64,000 nt of DNA, taken from NCBI GenBank assembly GCA_963772455.1, contig CAVYXJ010000007.1:64001-128000 (forward strand). Direction: 5' to 3'. A model generated the notes under the pieces. The model saw nothing but the letters and a program-made list of their open reading frames with translations. It ran no database searches and had not been told where the DNA came from. A program made the position numbers and the translations under genes. Origin of the DNA: Candidatus Bathyarchaeota archaeon (GTDB taxonomy: Archaea > Thermoproteota > Bathyarchaeia > Bathyarchaeales > Bathycorpusculaceae). Positions 20,017 to 29,938 of this stretch are shown in pieces. The first letter of the stretch is position 1. Every line of letters begins with the position of its first letter.

Positions 20017-20569
20017 TTGGTTTTTCTCCGACAGGTTTCTGGATTTTTTCGATGAATTTTACTCCCTTTAATGTTTTGCAGACTTTTTCCGGGTTGCCTT
20101 TTGGCAGCGGTGGAAGTCCTTGGGATTCACGTTTCTTAACTCTAAGTTCAGGAATTTTGAAGGCGTATCCTGATTCCAGAAGGCTTCCGGCTTGATCTTT
20201 GAATACTTGTGGGAAGCAGCCTTTTTCTGCGGCTAAATTTCGGAATGCACGTATTACGTTTGCGACTTCGATATCTTGGGGGCAACGGTCCGTGCAAGTA
20301 TAACAGGCTGCACAGAGCCATAAGGTATCGCTGTTTAATACGCGATCTTTTAATCCTGTTAGTGCCAAGTGAATAAGTGTTCTGGGACGATAACTGTCGC
20401 TAAAGCGTGCAACTGGGCAATCTGAGGTGCATGTTCCGCACTGGAAACATTTTAGAATTTTTTCGCTTCCGTGGATTTTTACGAGTTCATATTTGAATTT
20501 TGGGTCAAGTTCGGAAGCTTTTATGGGTTGGTCTTTACTTTGTATGGGGGTTGTTGCTACCTCAGACAT
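20006..20569 (-). CDS. hdrC: Heterodisulfide reductase subunit C
   Basis: CFQCGTCTSDCP; WLCAACYTCTDRCPQ. Confidence 0.9.
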   Translation of the reverse strand: MSEVATTPIQSKDQPIKASELDPKFKYELVKIHGSEKILKCFQCGTCTSDCPVARFSDSYRPRTLIHLALTGLKDRVLNSDTLWLCAACYTCTDRCPQDIEVANVIRAFRNLAAEKGCFPQVFKDQAGSLLESGYAFKIPELRVKKRESQGLPPLPKGNPEKVCKTLKGVKFIEKIQKPVGEKPSGQ

Positions 20570-20835
20570 TAGTTTTAACCTTGACTATTAATTTTTGATA
20601 GCACCTTATGTGCTTAAACTCAGAAAAGTCCGTATCCACTAATAAAGTTTCAGCCAACCCTTCAATAATTCTTCCTTGTACTTGATGAAAAAACAAAAGG
20701 TTGAGTAGAGAGCAAGAATTTATGGCTCTAAAATCAACATAGAAAATATCGGTTTCCCATGCTATATTAACTTCTACTAAGAAACATGAGATTCAGAGTT
20801 TAACTGAAGTGACATAAAGAAAAAGAAAAAGTTGG

Positions 20836-21117
20836 TTATTCTCTGCATTGCCTGAGGGTACGCAGTTCCTCAATTGTCTTGTTCAAAACTGTCTTATCTG
20901 TGACAGATTCAACTGTGGAGACGGGCAAACAAACCGTTACTTTTCCAAGATAAGGATGCTTGAACCCAAGTTTTTTTGATGCTTCCTCACTTAAGGCGAC
21001 GAATAAATTGATTATTTGCCAATTACTCGTGTCTAATTCTGCGCTATGCACTTCTCCTAAAACAAAACCGTCTGAAGTGACAGCGGGTTTCCAAAATAAT
21101 TTTGTAATTTCAACCAT
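20836..21117 (-). CDS. PRC-barrel domain protein
   Basis: K.AVTSDG..LGEV...ELDT.NWQI; LPVSTVESVTD. Confidence 0.75.
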   Translation of the reverse strand: MVEITKLFWKPAVTSDGFVLGEVHSAELDTSNWQIINLFVALSEEASKKLGFKHPYLGKVTVCLPVSTVESVTDKTVLNKTIEELRTLRQCRE

Positions 21118-21340
21118 AAAAAAACCTTAACTAGTAAATATCAAGCTCTTCTTTATATCTGTTTTTTAGAGTCGGATGGTTATCAGAAAGTTCCAGTGAA
21201 ATCATTGAGGATAATTATATTTATTTTTTTCCGAAGACCTGCCAGTTTTATTTCTCTCCAATGACGCATTTCATAGAATTATTCGGGCACAGAATACTTT
21301 TTTACATTCCTAAACGTAGTAAATTAAGTGGTGTTTTTAG

Positions 21341-21729
21341 TTGTCATCTTCTCAACCCCAATCCAACCTCAAAAAACTCACCCCTGAAGAAGAACAAGTA
21401 ATAATTAAAAAAGGCACGGAAATTCCGTTTACAGGTAAATACTATGCTTTTTGGGAAAAAGGCACCTACGTTTGCAAACGATGTGGAGCAAAACTTTACC
21501 GTTCTGAAAATAAGTTTGAAGCCAATTGCGGCTGGCCAAGCTTCGATGATGAAATTCCAGGCGCATAAAGAGAATACCTGATCCTGATGGAAAACGAACC
21601 GAAATACAATGCACAAATTGCGGCGCGCACCTTGGACACGTTTTCACAGGAGAGCATTTCACAGAAAAAAACACACGTCACTGTGTCAATTCAATGTCGA
21701 TGGATTTTATTCCAGACAAGAACCCATAG
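21341..21729 (+). pseudogene. msrB: Methionine-R-sulfoxide reductase MsrB, frameshifted
   Basis: GTE.PF, YVCKRCG, CGWPSF then TAA at 21566; shifted frame gives [17 protein letters not shown]...RHCVNS. Confidence 0.88.
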
Positions 21730-21765
21730 CTTCGCGCGAAAGAGTTATAGACGACATAGCGCAAG

Positions 21766-22639
21766 ATGGACATAATAAGTGAAAAACCAGACATGTCTAC
21801 ACCCTTACCAACTACTATACCGGAAACAAATTTTCTAGGAATATCCTTCGGCCTCATTCTTGAGATATTACTCATCGCAGTAATAGCGATAACCTTTGAA
21901 AGATTAATCAGCCGGTATCTCTCACATTTTGCAAAACGCATCAAACTTGAACCCAGCACAGGAAACAACCTAGTCCTGACGTTTAGAATTCTAATTCTAA
22001 TATTTGCTGTTTTATCCATAAGCAGTTTGGGCGGAGTACAAGCCGAATGGTTGCTGTCGGTTTCCGCAATAGGAGGCGCTGCAGTGGGTTTTGCGTCACA
22101 AAAAACTCTGGGCAACTTTATTGCTGGACTTTTTCTTTTAGCGGCACATCCTTTCAAGGTAGGTGACTACGTAAAAATTGGCACTGTTGAAGGCATCGTT
22201 CAAGAAATAACCATGAATTATACTAAAGTGTTAACTTCTGGCAACAACATCGTTTCAGTAACCAATCTCCAAATTTTAGACCGAGACATTACTAATTACC
22301 TCTATGAAAGCTCAAAAAACTAATTGCCTCTACTGCTACACTTTTGAAATCGGGTTTGACCACAGTATTCCAACTGAAAAACTAAATCAGTTGTTCAACC
22401 AAATATTCGATAGTTATTCAAGAGTATTGCCCAGAAGACCAACCAACATGCTTGTTCGCTCGGGCGCCTTGGACAGAGTGTATTTAGTCTATCTTTACGT
22501 TGACAAACCTCAGGACATCTTTACGTTAAGGCCAAGAATTTCTGATGAATTGTTCCAACGTTGGGATGAAGAAAGAACAAAACTAAAAGAATTAACGTTA
22601 CAAGCCCAAAAAATAAGGATTGATTATCATGTCAAGTAA
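21766..22639 (+). pseudogene. mscS: MscS mechanosensitive channel split by a frameshift near 22315-22323
   Basis: GFASQ.TLGNFIAG, PFKVGDYV, ITNY; the C-terminal cytoplasmic domain (FEIGFDHS...) continues in another frame after an A-run. Confidence 0.75.
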
Positions 22640-22961
22640 AAAACAAGAACTAAAAGCAAAAGCGTCAAACCTTTCGAGCTTAATTAATTATCAAGAAGGA
22701 TCCGTTGTTAGCCGTACCTTAATTGACAAGAAAAATGGAACTGTAACGTTATTTGCGTTTGATCTAAATCAGGGGTTAAGTGAACACACGGCACCTTATG
22801 ATGCCATGGTCTACGTATTAGAAGGAGAAGTTGAAGTTAGAATATCAGGAAAACCCGTAATTCTAAAGCAGGGGGAAATAACGATTATGCCTGCCAATGA
22901 ACCTCATGCGTTATCAGCGAAAACAAAGTTCAAGATGCTCTTAACCATGATAAAATCCTAA
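22620..22961 (+). CDS. Cupin domain protein
   Basis: LSEHTAPYDA..YVLEGE; MPANEPHAL. Confidence 0.85.
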   Translation: MIIMSSKKQELKAKASNLSSLINYQEGSVVSRTLIDKKNGTVTLFAFDLNQGLSEHTAPYDAMVYVLEGEVEVRISGKPVILKQGEITIMPANEPHALSAKTKFKMLLTMIKS

Positions 22962-23569
22962 AGCGGTTTGCCCCAAATATCTACAAAACAATAGCCTTCA
23001 AGAACTTTTTTTATAGGCACCTTCGGTTTTTCAGCTGGATACCCCATAACCACAAACGCTTGAGGCTCCACTTCATTGGGAATTTTTATGATTTTTCTTA
23101 CGGTTTCTTTGCAAAATCCTGGTGCACAGAACCAACAAGCCCCTAAACCTTTCGCATGTGCGGCTAAAAGTAGATTTTGTAGTGCTGCTCCGAAACTTTG
23201 CACAGCCAAATCCCGCTCACACATTTGCCTTTCAGAATCTGGAAATTTCCGCAGATCAACCACGGTTAAACAAGCTAACACAAGAACTGGGGCAGTTGCG
23301 AACCGTTCAACCCGCTCCGTGCGCTTATCTGATTCAACCATTATTCCATCTCTTTGCAAGTCTTTTACCCATGCATCAGCCATGGCATCAGCCAACCTTC
23401 GCTTGACAGAATCATCGGCTAAAACTATGAAACGCCATGGTTGAGAATTATGGGCTGAGGGCGCCCAGCCAGCGGCAGCTAAAACTTCTTTCACAATGTC
23501 TTTGGGAACTTGGCGTGGCAAGTATTTTCTTATGCTTCGGCGTTTTTTAATTGCATCGCTAAGTGACAT
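22958..23569 (-). CDS. Nitroreductase family protein (FbiB C-terminal-like)
   Basis: RRSIRKY, APSAHNSQPWRF, QNLLLAAHAKGLGACW, MGYP. Confidence 0.88.
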   Translation of the reverse strand: MSLSDAIKKRRSIRKYLPRQVPKDIVKEVLAAAGWAPSAHNSQPWRFIVLADDSVKRRLADAMADAWVKDLQRDGIMVESDKRTERVERFATAPVLVLACLTVVDLRKFPDSERQMCERDLAVQSFGAALQNLLLAAHAKGLGACWFCAPGFCKETVRKIIKIPNEVEPQAFVVMGYPAEKPKVPIKKVLEGYCFVDIWGKPL

Positions 23570-23744
23570 GACCTTTTGTATGTCAATTTAGGTTTTTATC
23601 TCTATGTTTTAACTGAGCAATTGTCACAATGAAGCTTTGGGAATTACAGACTGAGATTTCTGTTGGAAAAATAGATCTTCTTAATCCCTAGTTGTACCAA
23701 GTTTTTTTAGGAGGAGCAAAAGTCGTTTATATCAACAATTAGAG

Positions 23745-24773
23745 TTAAATCTTGTTTGGCTCCAGAATGACCTTAAGAGAAGACCCTGCTTCAGCCATTA
23801 ACCGGAAACCTTCCTGTGCCTCACGCAAACTAAGCCTGTGAGTAATCATGTCTTTAACGTTCAATTGCCCAGTCGCTAAAACTTTCATTGAATCCTCCAG
23901 ATCATTTGGGGCTGCACCATAGCTTGTGCGCATTGTAATTTCGTTTCGCCAAAACTGGTTAATAGGAACTGGAAGCTTCACAGTTGGATCTGGAACAGCA
24001 AAAAATAGAATAGTTCCGCCGCTTTCTACACAATCCATGGCTGAAATTGCCGCAGAGCTTGCACCGGTGCAAACAATCACTTGATCCGCTAAGCGTCCGT
24101 CATTTATTTCTTTGAGCGATTGGGAAAGATTATCTTTTGCGTTTAAGGCGTGATTTGCACCGAATTTTTTGGCAAGTTCCAGCCGATATGGGTTAATATC
24201 GGCTACAATGATGTTTTCTATTCCCTTGAATTTGGCAAGTTGAGCATGCAGTATTCCTGATATGCCACTACCGATTATGAGTAATGTATCGTCTTTTTGC
24301 AAGTTTGCCAACCTTTGACCCCTTGAAACACATGCTAAGGGTTCTATGAAGGTGCCTTCCTCAAAACTCATGGCGTCAGGTAGATTGTATATTCCGCTTT
24401 GGATATTGATTTTGGGAATTTGGATGTATTGTGAAAATCCGCCTGGGTAGTAGTTGGTTGTGTGCAGTGTGTGACATGCGGTGTGATTTCCTCTTTGGCA
24501 GTGTCGACATTGGTTACATGGGACATGGTGCGAGACGAAAACGCGGTCACCAACTTTAACGCTCTTTACTTGGTTCCCGACTTTGCTTATAACGCCTGTT
24601 GCTTCATGGCCAAGTACTCGTGGAGCTTTAGGAATACGATACCATTCTAAGACGTCACTGCCGCAGATGCCGCTCGCCATTACTTTAAGCAATGCTTCTT
24701 CTTCACTGATGCTTGGAACAGGAATTTCTTCGACTCGGACGTCATGATTGTTGTAATAAAAGGCGGCAAGCAA
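23745..24773 (-). CDS. Zn-dependent alcohol/polyol dehydrogenase (MDR)
   Basis: GICGSD, GHE, CxxCxxC...C, EPLAC, GSGISG. Confidence 0.9.
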   Translation of the reverse strand: MLAAFYYNNHDVRVEEIPVPSISEEEALLKVMASGICGSDVLEWYRIPKAPRVLGHEATGVISKVGNQVKSVKVGDRVFVSHHVPCNQCRHCQRGNHTACHTLHTTNYYPGGFSQYIQIPKINIQSGIYNLPDAMSFEEGTFIEPLACVSRGQRLANLQKDDTLLIIGSGISGILHAQLAKFKGIENIIVADINPYRLELAKKFGANHALNAKDNLSQSLKEINDGRLADQVIVCTGASSAAISAMDCVESGGTILFFAVPDPTVKLPVPINQFWRNEITMRTSYGAAPNDLEDSMKVLATGQLNVKDMITHRLSLREAQEGFRLMAEAGSSLKVILEPNKI

Positions 24774-24797
24774 AAAAGTTCACCAAAAAAAAGAGTT

Positions 24798-25602
24798 TTA
24801 GGCTTTGCCTGCGATTGCTTGTTTGTAGAGGTCGTCGGCTTCTTGGGGATTAAAGCCTTCATGAATTATAGCGCGGATTGCTTTGATTGAGGCAACAGGA
24901 TATTGGGTTTGCCAAATGTTGCGACCTAAATTCACGCCTATAGCGCCTTTCTGCATGCCGTCGTAAACGAAGTCAAAGACTTCTTTCTGAGTTTCAGTCT
25001 TGGGTCCGCCCGCCATGACAACTGGCACCGGGCAACCGTCTACGACTTTCTCAAAGTTCTCTTTGCAATAGTAAGTCTTCACAACTCTAGCGCCAATTTC
25101 AGCTGAGATACGTGCAGCTAACGCGAGGTAGCGGGCTTCTCGTTTTTCAAGTTCTTTACCAACAGCCGAAACTGCCATTACGGGAATTCCGTATTCTTCG
25201 CATTCGTCAACAAGTTTGGCAAGGTTGCTTAAGCTTTTGTTTTCGTATTTGGTTCCTACAAAAACTGACATGGATACTGCGGAAGCGTTTAATCTGAGTA
25301 TTTCTTCGATAGATGTGACAACACTCTCATTTGCTAAGTCTTCTCCTACCACGGATACAGCTCCTGAAACACGCATGATGATTGGCTTCTCAATTGCTGG
25401 GTCAATACAGTTGCGCAAAACGCCGCGAGTTAACATTAAACCATCAGCGTACTGTGATGATTGGCTTAATGGTTTCTTCTGGATGCTCAAGACCATGTGT
25501 TGGACCCTGGAAATATCCATGGTCAATAGGTAAAAAGAGGGCTTTGCCATCTTTCTGGATAAGTCTACTTAAGCGGTTCTTCATTCCCCAATCCATAATC
25601 AT
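24798..25602 (-). pseudogene. lsrF: Class I aldolase/thiolase of the LsrF/DhnA family, frameshifted near 25455
   Basis: MDWGMKNRLSR...DHGYFQGPT in one frame; YADGLMLTRGVLR, VKTYYC, MAGGPK, GRNIWQ in another. Confidence 0.8.
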
Positions 25603-25823
25603 TTCTCCGTGGAAGCTTTTGGTTTTAGAATTAAATAACCTTTTTCTATGAGCCAATGGTGAAATTGCCATGTGGTGTATAGGCACGCGGCGCCGCATTT
25701 TTGGCGTGTCTGCTCGTATGCTGGGCAACCTTCCTTTTGGATTTCTAATTCATTTTGTATAGGGCATTTGATGTCTTTGCAGAATTCTCGACGTTTGTAC
25801 TCAACGTATCCTTGAGGAACCAT
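25599..25823 (-). CDS. Small Cys/His-rich protein translationally coupled to the aldolase
   Basis: FCKDIKC...C.AAC...FHHWL; ATGA overlap. Confidence 0.75.
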   Translation of the reverse strand: MVPQGYVEYKRREFCKDIKCPIQNELEIQKEGCPAYEQTRQKCGAACLYTTWQFHHWLIEKGYLILKPKASTEK

Positions 25824-26033
25824 TCTTCATCAGTGTCTCAATCACTTCTTTAATGGATATTAATTCTTCGCAAATAAAAATCGGCAACATAGATGAGAAG
25901 TTGTTGCAACTTACACCCTGCACAGCTAGCTGCAACAATCACACATTAAGCATACGATTTCAGCTTGCAAAAACCCATTTTTAACATTCAGTTTAAGGTT
26001 AACTTTTTTAATCTATAAAACCTCAAAACTTGT

Positions 26034-26711
26034 ATGCCCAAATATTATCTGTTAGGCGGCGAAAACACCCATAAAAGAGATGCAAAAGAAATAAATCAAA
26101 AAGCCTTCAACGATGCTGGAAAATCACCTCGAGTTCTAGTGTTTTCTTGGGCCAGAGCGTCCTTTGACAAAACGTATCCAAAGAGCCAATTGATGTTTGA
26201 TTATTTCAGAAGTTTAGGCGCGAGTACTGTAAACAACGTTGATTATTCCTGTACAATTGAAGAGATCAGAGAAAAAATCTCTGAATCAGATCTTATTTAT
26301 CTAACAGGTGGCGTGCCAACGGTTTTAATTGAGCGATTAAAGAAAGCGGGCATTCGAAGTTTGCTTAGGGATTTTAAAGGAATTATTGTTGGCAGAAGCG
26401 CAGGTGCGTTAGCTCTTTGCCGAAAATGCGTAATCACTTGCCGAAGAACCTCAGAAATTCAAACTATTGATGGATTGGGACTTGTGGATTTAACTCTTAA
26501 GGCACATTATAAGTTAGGAAAAGATGAAAAATTAGATAGATTATCGAAAACTGAAGATATTTTTGCGGTGCCAAAAGACTCAGCTATTGTTTACGATTAT
26601 GGAAAACTATCTTTCATAAATAACGTTTATTTTTTTAGAGATGGCATTAGACAAATTATAAGTGAAAAATCGTTAGAACCAGAACCTTGGAAATTGAATA
26701 ATAGTGAATAG
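26034..26711 (+). CDS. Peptidase S51/PepE-like GATase-fold protein
   Basis: DLIYLTGG, GRSAGA, GLGLVD...HY. Confidence 0.82.
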   Translation: MPKYYLLGGENTHKRDAKEINQKAFNDAGKSPRVLVFSWARASFDKTYPKSQLMFDYFRSLGASTVNNVDYSCTIEEIREKISESDLIYLTGGVPTVLIERLKKAGIRSLLRDFKGIIVGRSAGALALCRKCVITCRRTSEIQTIDGLGLVDLTLKAHYKLGKDEKLDRLSKTEDIFAVPKDSAIVYDYGKLSFINNVYFFRDGIRQIISEKSLEPEPWKLNNSE

Positions 26712-26726
26712 GTGATGACCGAATTT

Positions 26727-26963
26727 TCATGTGTCATTAGTTTTTTTTCTTTGAAAAGTAGCTACAATAATTGTTGCAAGCACCAAAACTAGAAGAACTA
26801 TACCTAGAATGCTAAGTGGAATTCTAAAGGCAGCTAAGTTATGCAACACATTCGTCGAGGGCAAACCACCCAAATATGCTGCTAAGAAAAGCCCGACAAA
26901 TAACGCGCCAACTCCTTGAGTGACAAATAAAAAGTTTGATACTCGTTTATCAGTTAGCCGCAA
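26727..26963 (-). CDS. Small two-TM membrane protein
   Basis: Two hydrophobic helices; GAGGT SD upstream. Confidence 0.6.
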   Translation of the reverse strand: MRLTDKRVSNFLFVTQGVGALFVGLFLAAYLGGLPSTNVLHNLAAFRIPLSILGIVLLVLVLATIIVATFQRKKTNDT

Positions 26964-27103
26964 ACAAAGACCTCACTTACAGTAAAGTAAATTCCTTATT
27001 TAACATTAACCATTTCATAGTTATTCATTGTAACGCACCTTCTAACCGCAAGTATAATATACGAAACCAACGAATTTTATTTTGATCATAATCGGTTGAT
27101 TTT

Positions 27104-28060
27104 ATGTCAGAGCAGAAATTCATTACTCCATTAAAAGTGGGTTTACTGATAGTTGTTATCTCATATTTCCTGTTTACTTTGCACGGTATGTTTACGCTCT
27201 CATGGATTGGCGAGTGGGATCGCATGGGAGGAGGAGCCTTTGGCACCATGATACTTGTCGAAGACATCTCCGCAACCATTGGATTGGTTTTCAGATTCGC
27301 CGCCAGTATTTTAGCGATGGTAGGGATTGGAGTTTACTTTATCAAAAAAAGCATTTCAAAACCCGTGACCTACAAAGTAGTTAGATTGGTTCTGATTTTT
27401 GAAGGAATATACTGGCTAGGACTTAGTGCCACTGCAGGCTATAGCATTCTAAGTTTTGGATTAACACTTCTACAATTTCGATCAATAGAAACTGTATTAA
27501 ACTCCCTATTTCTAAGTGCCATTCCAACTATAATTGAAGCAATTGTTCTCCCAATTGTCTTATTTGTTTTCGCCTTCAAACTAAACCCAAACAAACCATT
27601 GAAAACACCGATAAAGTGGGGATTAATCACCGGCACAATTTACATTGTAGTTTTCTGGCTAATCAACACAAGCATTTGGGAAGGGGTTGTATGGGGGGGT
27701 TTGCACCCAAAAGGAATAGAATACTTGACGGCTAACCCAGAAAACCTTGTAAGTTTCATTCTGACTGTATTTGGTTTGCTAGCTTTAGTAATTTACTCAT
27801 CATACATTACCAAGAAGTCAAGTGGAGTAGAAACTTTGCAGGACTTGAAATTCGGAGCTATCGGAGGAATAACCTTGGCTCTTGGAATGTACTTTTTGTG
27901 GAACTACTTGAGTTGGGTCATTCTTGCAGGTGATAAATGGAATAATTGGTATGCATGGTTCCTTGGACACAACATGGACTTATGGATGCTATCTTTGCCG
28001 CTGGTTGCTTTGCCATTGCTCTTCTACAAATCACTAAAAAAACAACCAGAGACTCAATAG
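27104..28060 (+). CDS. Multi-pass membrane protein of unknown function
   Basis: About 8 hydrophobic segments. Confidence 0.75.
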   Translation: MSEQKFITPLKVGLLIVVISYFLFTLHGMFTLSWIGEWDRMGGGAFGTMILVEDISATIGLVFRFAASILAMVGIGVYFIKKSISKPVTYKVVRLVLIFEGIYWLGLSATAGYSILSFGLTLLQFRSIETVLNSLFLSAIPTIIEAIVLPIVLFVFAFKLNPNKPLKTPIKWGLITGTIYIVVFWLINTSIWEGVVWGGLHPKGIEYLTANPENLVSFILTVFGLLALVIYSSYITKKSSGVETLQDLKFGAIGGITLALGMYFLWNYLSWVILAGDKWNNWYAWFLGHNMDLWMLSLPLVALPLLFYKSLKKQPETQ

Positions 28061-28149
28061 TCAGATCGAATATTAGAAAAAGTTTAAGTTAAAAAATCTA
28101 TTATTTTTTTGTTTGTGAATATAATAAAAAACTATTGAAGAAAAAAAGG

Positions 28150-28452
28150 TCAGTCCTTCTTTTCTAACTTGACGATGTAGACTTCTTTGTTGCGTACTCT
28201 GAGCGCTAAGTTGAATTTTCTTTCTGGTATTCGGTTGAATTTTTTTACTCTGAATGTGAATGGTGCGTACATTGACCGTACGGTTTTGCCTTCGACTTCA
28301 AGTTTGAACATTTTTTCAGGGCTTTCAATGACTTGTTTGAAGAGTACATCGTATTCGGGGATTTTGGCGATTTTTCTTCCTTCGGGGATTTCTTTGACTG
28401 GAGTGGCTTTAGCAACTATATGCTTGTTCTTGATTTTTTCTTGTTTAGACAT
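28150..28452 (-). CDS. Basic hypothetical protein
   Basis: 100-aa Lys/Arg-rich ORF with ATG start. Confidence 0.6.
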   Translation of the reverse strand: MSKQEKIKNKHIVAKATPVKEIPEGRKIAKIPEYDVLFKQVIESPEKMFKLEVEGKTVRSMYAPFTFRVKKFNRIPERKFNLALRVRNKEVYIVKLEKKD

Positions 28453-28584
28453 CTTTAGTCACACTATATATACTGTAGACTCACTATATAACACTTACAT
28501 TAACATTGTTAAAATAATAATGGTTAAGTTATAATAATATCCACTTATATAGAAACACTGAGAATATAATTGGGTTAATTTGTC

Positions 28585-28743
28585 TTATTCGCCTCTGGTA
28601 TCATTACGATTGCATTCTGCTTTTGGACGATACTCAACTTTTTTATGTCGTTCTTTAAAATGCTTCTCACATTCTTTTACACGCACAAGCATCCACTCGT
28701 TTTCTTCGTATACACATCCACAAAGCAAAGTTTTAGTCGTCAA
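28585..28743 (-). CDS. 52-aa putative Zn-binding microprotein
   Basis: Manual: MTTKTLLCGCVYEENEWMLVRVKECEKHFKERHKK...; TTG start with GAAGGT upstream. Confidence 0.45.
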   Translation of the reverse strand: MTTKTLLCGCVYEENEWMLVRVKECEKHFKERHKKVEYRPKAECNRNDTRGE

Positions 28744-28952
28744 GATTACTACCTTCAAACAAATTGGCTTTATCTAATCAATGTATCAGTAATCAATTAC
28801 TCATAATGATTTCTCTCACAGTTAACCTTTCTAATATGGACTTTTTATACAGCTTTAACTAAAAGAAGAGATTATTGTCTTTGTTTAAAAGAGTAACATT
28901 TTAGAGTATGTATTGGTTTCTTGTTTGCTTGTAGTGTCGAAATATGAGCGTT

Positions 28953-29069
28953 ATGAGTAGAAAAAATAAAAATACACAGATTGAACAAAAAAAGAAACTG
29001 GAACGAGAAAAAGAAGCAAAAAAGAAAGCATTGAAGAATCAACTTCCACCTAAAGGAAAAAAGAAATAA
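28953..29069 (+). CDS. 38-aa Lys-rich microprotein
   Basis: MSRKNKNTQIEQKKKLEREKEAKKKALKNQLPPKGKKK. Confidence 0.45.
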   Translation: MSRKNKNTQIEQKKKLEREKEAKKKALKNQLPPKGKKK

Positions 29070-29090
29070 CTTCCTTAGCTTTAGTTGGAA

Positions 29091-29664
29091 CTACCAATCA
29101 TCTCGTTTGCTAAATTGCTCTTTCTTTGTTGTTTTTTCAATATCTCGATAAAGATCTTTTTCCGACTCAGAGATAACTGCTAAATCATTTCCTGTAACGC
29201 TTTTGACACTTGGAACTTTAATCAATCTGGATTCACGTGTTATAGGCACATAATCCACGGTTACTTCTTTGAAAGTCTGTAGAAGCTTTTCATCCGAAGA
29301 CCATAATTCATACATTTCAATTTTTATGCTATGCTGGCCGGCAGGTATGCCTTTCATATCCAGCACAGGCTTCAATTCAAATTCATCTTTTGCCAAAGGA
29401 CTTTGAGGAATCATTACTGAAAAGGATTTGATTTGTTGGTTATCAAACCATAAGTCCAACTTTACCTTTGAAAACAAGTTTTTTGATGGAATTAGAGTGA
29501 AACTGACTTTAAGTTCTAACTCATCCTCTTTGGTCAAGGTGTCAATTTCAGTTATAATTATGCTGTTTTGTTGTAATCATTGAAGGCATTTGAATTGGTT
29601 TTTCTTTGGCGTTAGGCAGGTTGTCAAGAGTTAATTGTTTGTGTATTTTGGGGTTTGGCGACAT
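29091..29664 (-). pseudogene. Hypothetical beta-rich protein, probably frameshifted near 29580
   Basis: ATG at 29664 (MSPNPKIHKQLTLDN...) is out of frame with the downstream ORF, whose frame is open further upstream (LQQNSIIITEIDTLTKEDE...). Confidence 0.5.
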
Positions 29665-29670
29665 TTTTCT

Positions 29671-29874
29671 TCAGTTAACGGTTTTCTTTATTTTTTTCTT
29701 TTCCTTGATGTTTTCCTTTGTTAGCTCCTCTTCAATAACTTGAATTGCGCTTTTTATTCGAAGAAGAGTGTTTCTAAGAGCAGTCTGCTTGTTTTCCAGT
29801 TCGGCGAGAGCTTTTTGACCTGACGCGTATTCTGCTCTAAGTTCTGTTAGACGTTGTTCAAGTTGTTGATTCAA
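29671..29874 (-). CDS. Small coiled-coil protein
   Basis: LEQRLTELRAEY.SGQ..L.ELE...LLRI..AIQV.EE heptads. Confidence 0.7.
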   Translation of the reverse strand: MNQQLEQRLTELRAEYASGQKALAELENKQTALRNTLLRIKSAIQVIEEELTKENIKEKKKIKKTVN

Positions 29875-29938
29875 GAAGACACCAAGTTAGAAAGGAGTGA
29901 ATACTTTTAAAATCTCTTCCTATCGTTGCACACTTTTA

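Noticed and set aside
16689-21729. Selenocysteine recoding in mvhA or msrB
   Set aside because: MvhA has plain Cys in DPCxxC; the msrB interruption is TAA plus a frameshift, not an in-frame TGA
25901-25938. Imperfect 11-bp inverted repeat between divergent genes
   Set aside because: Short and single; cannot be distinguished from chance
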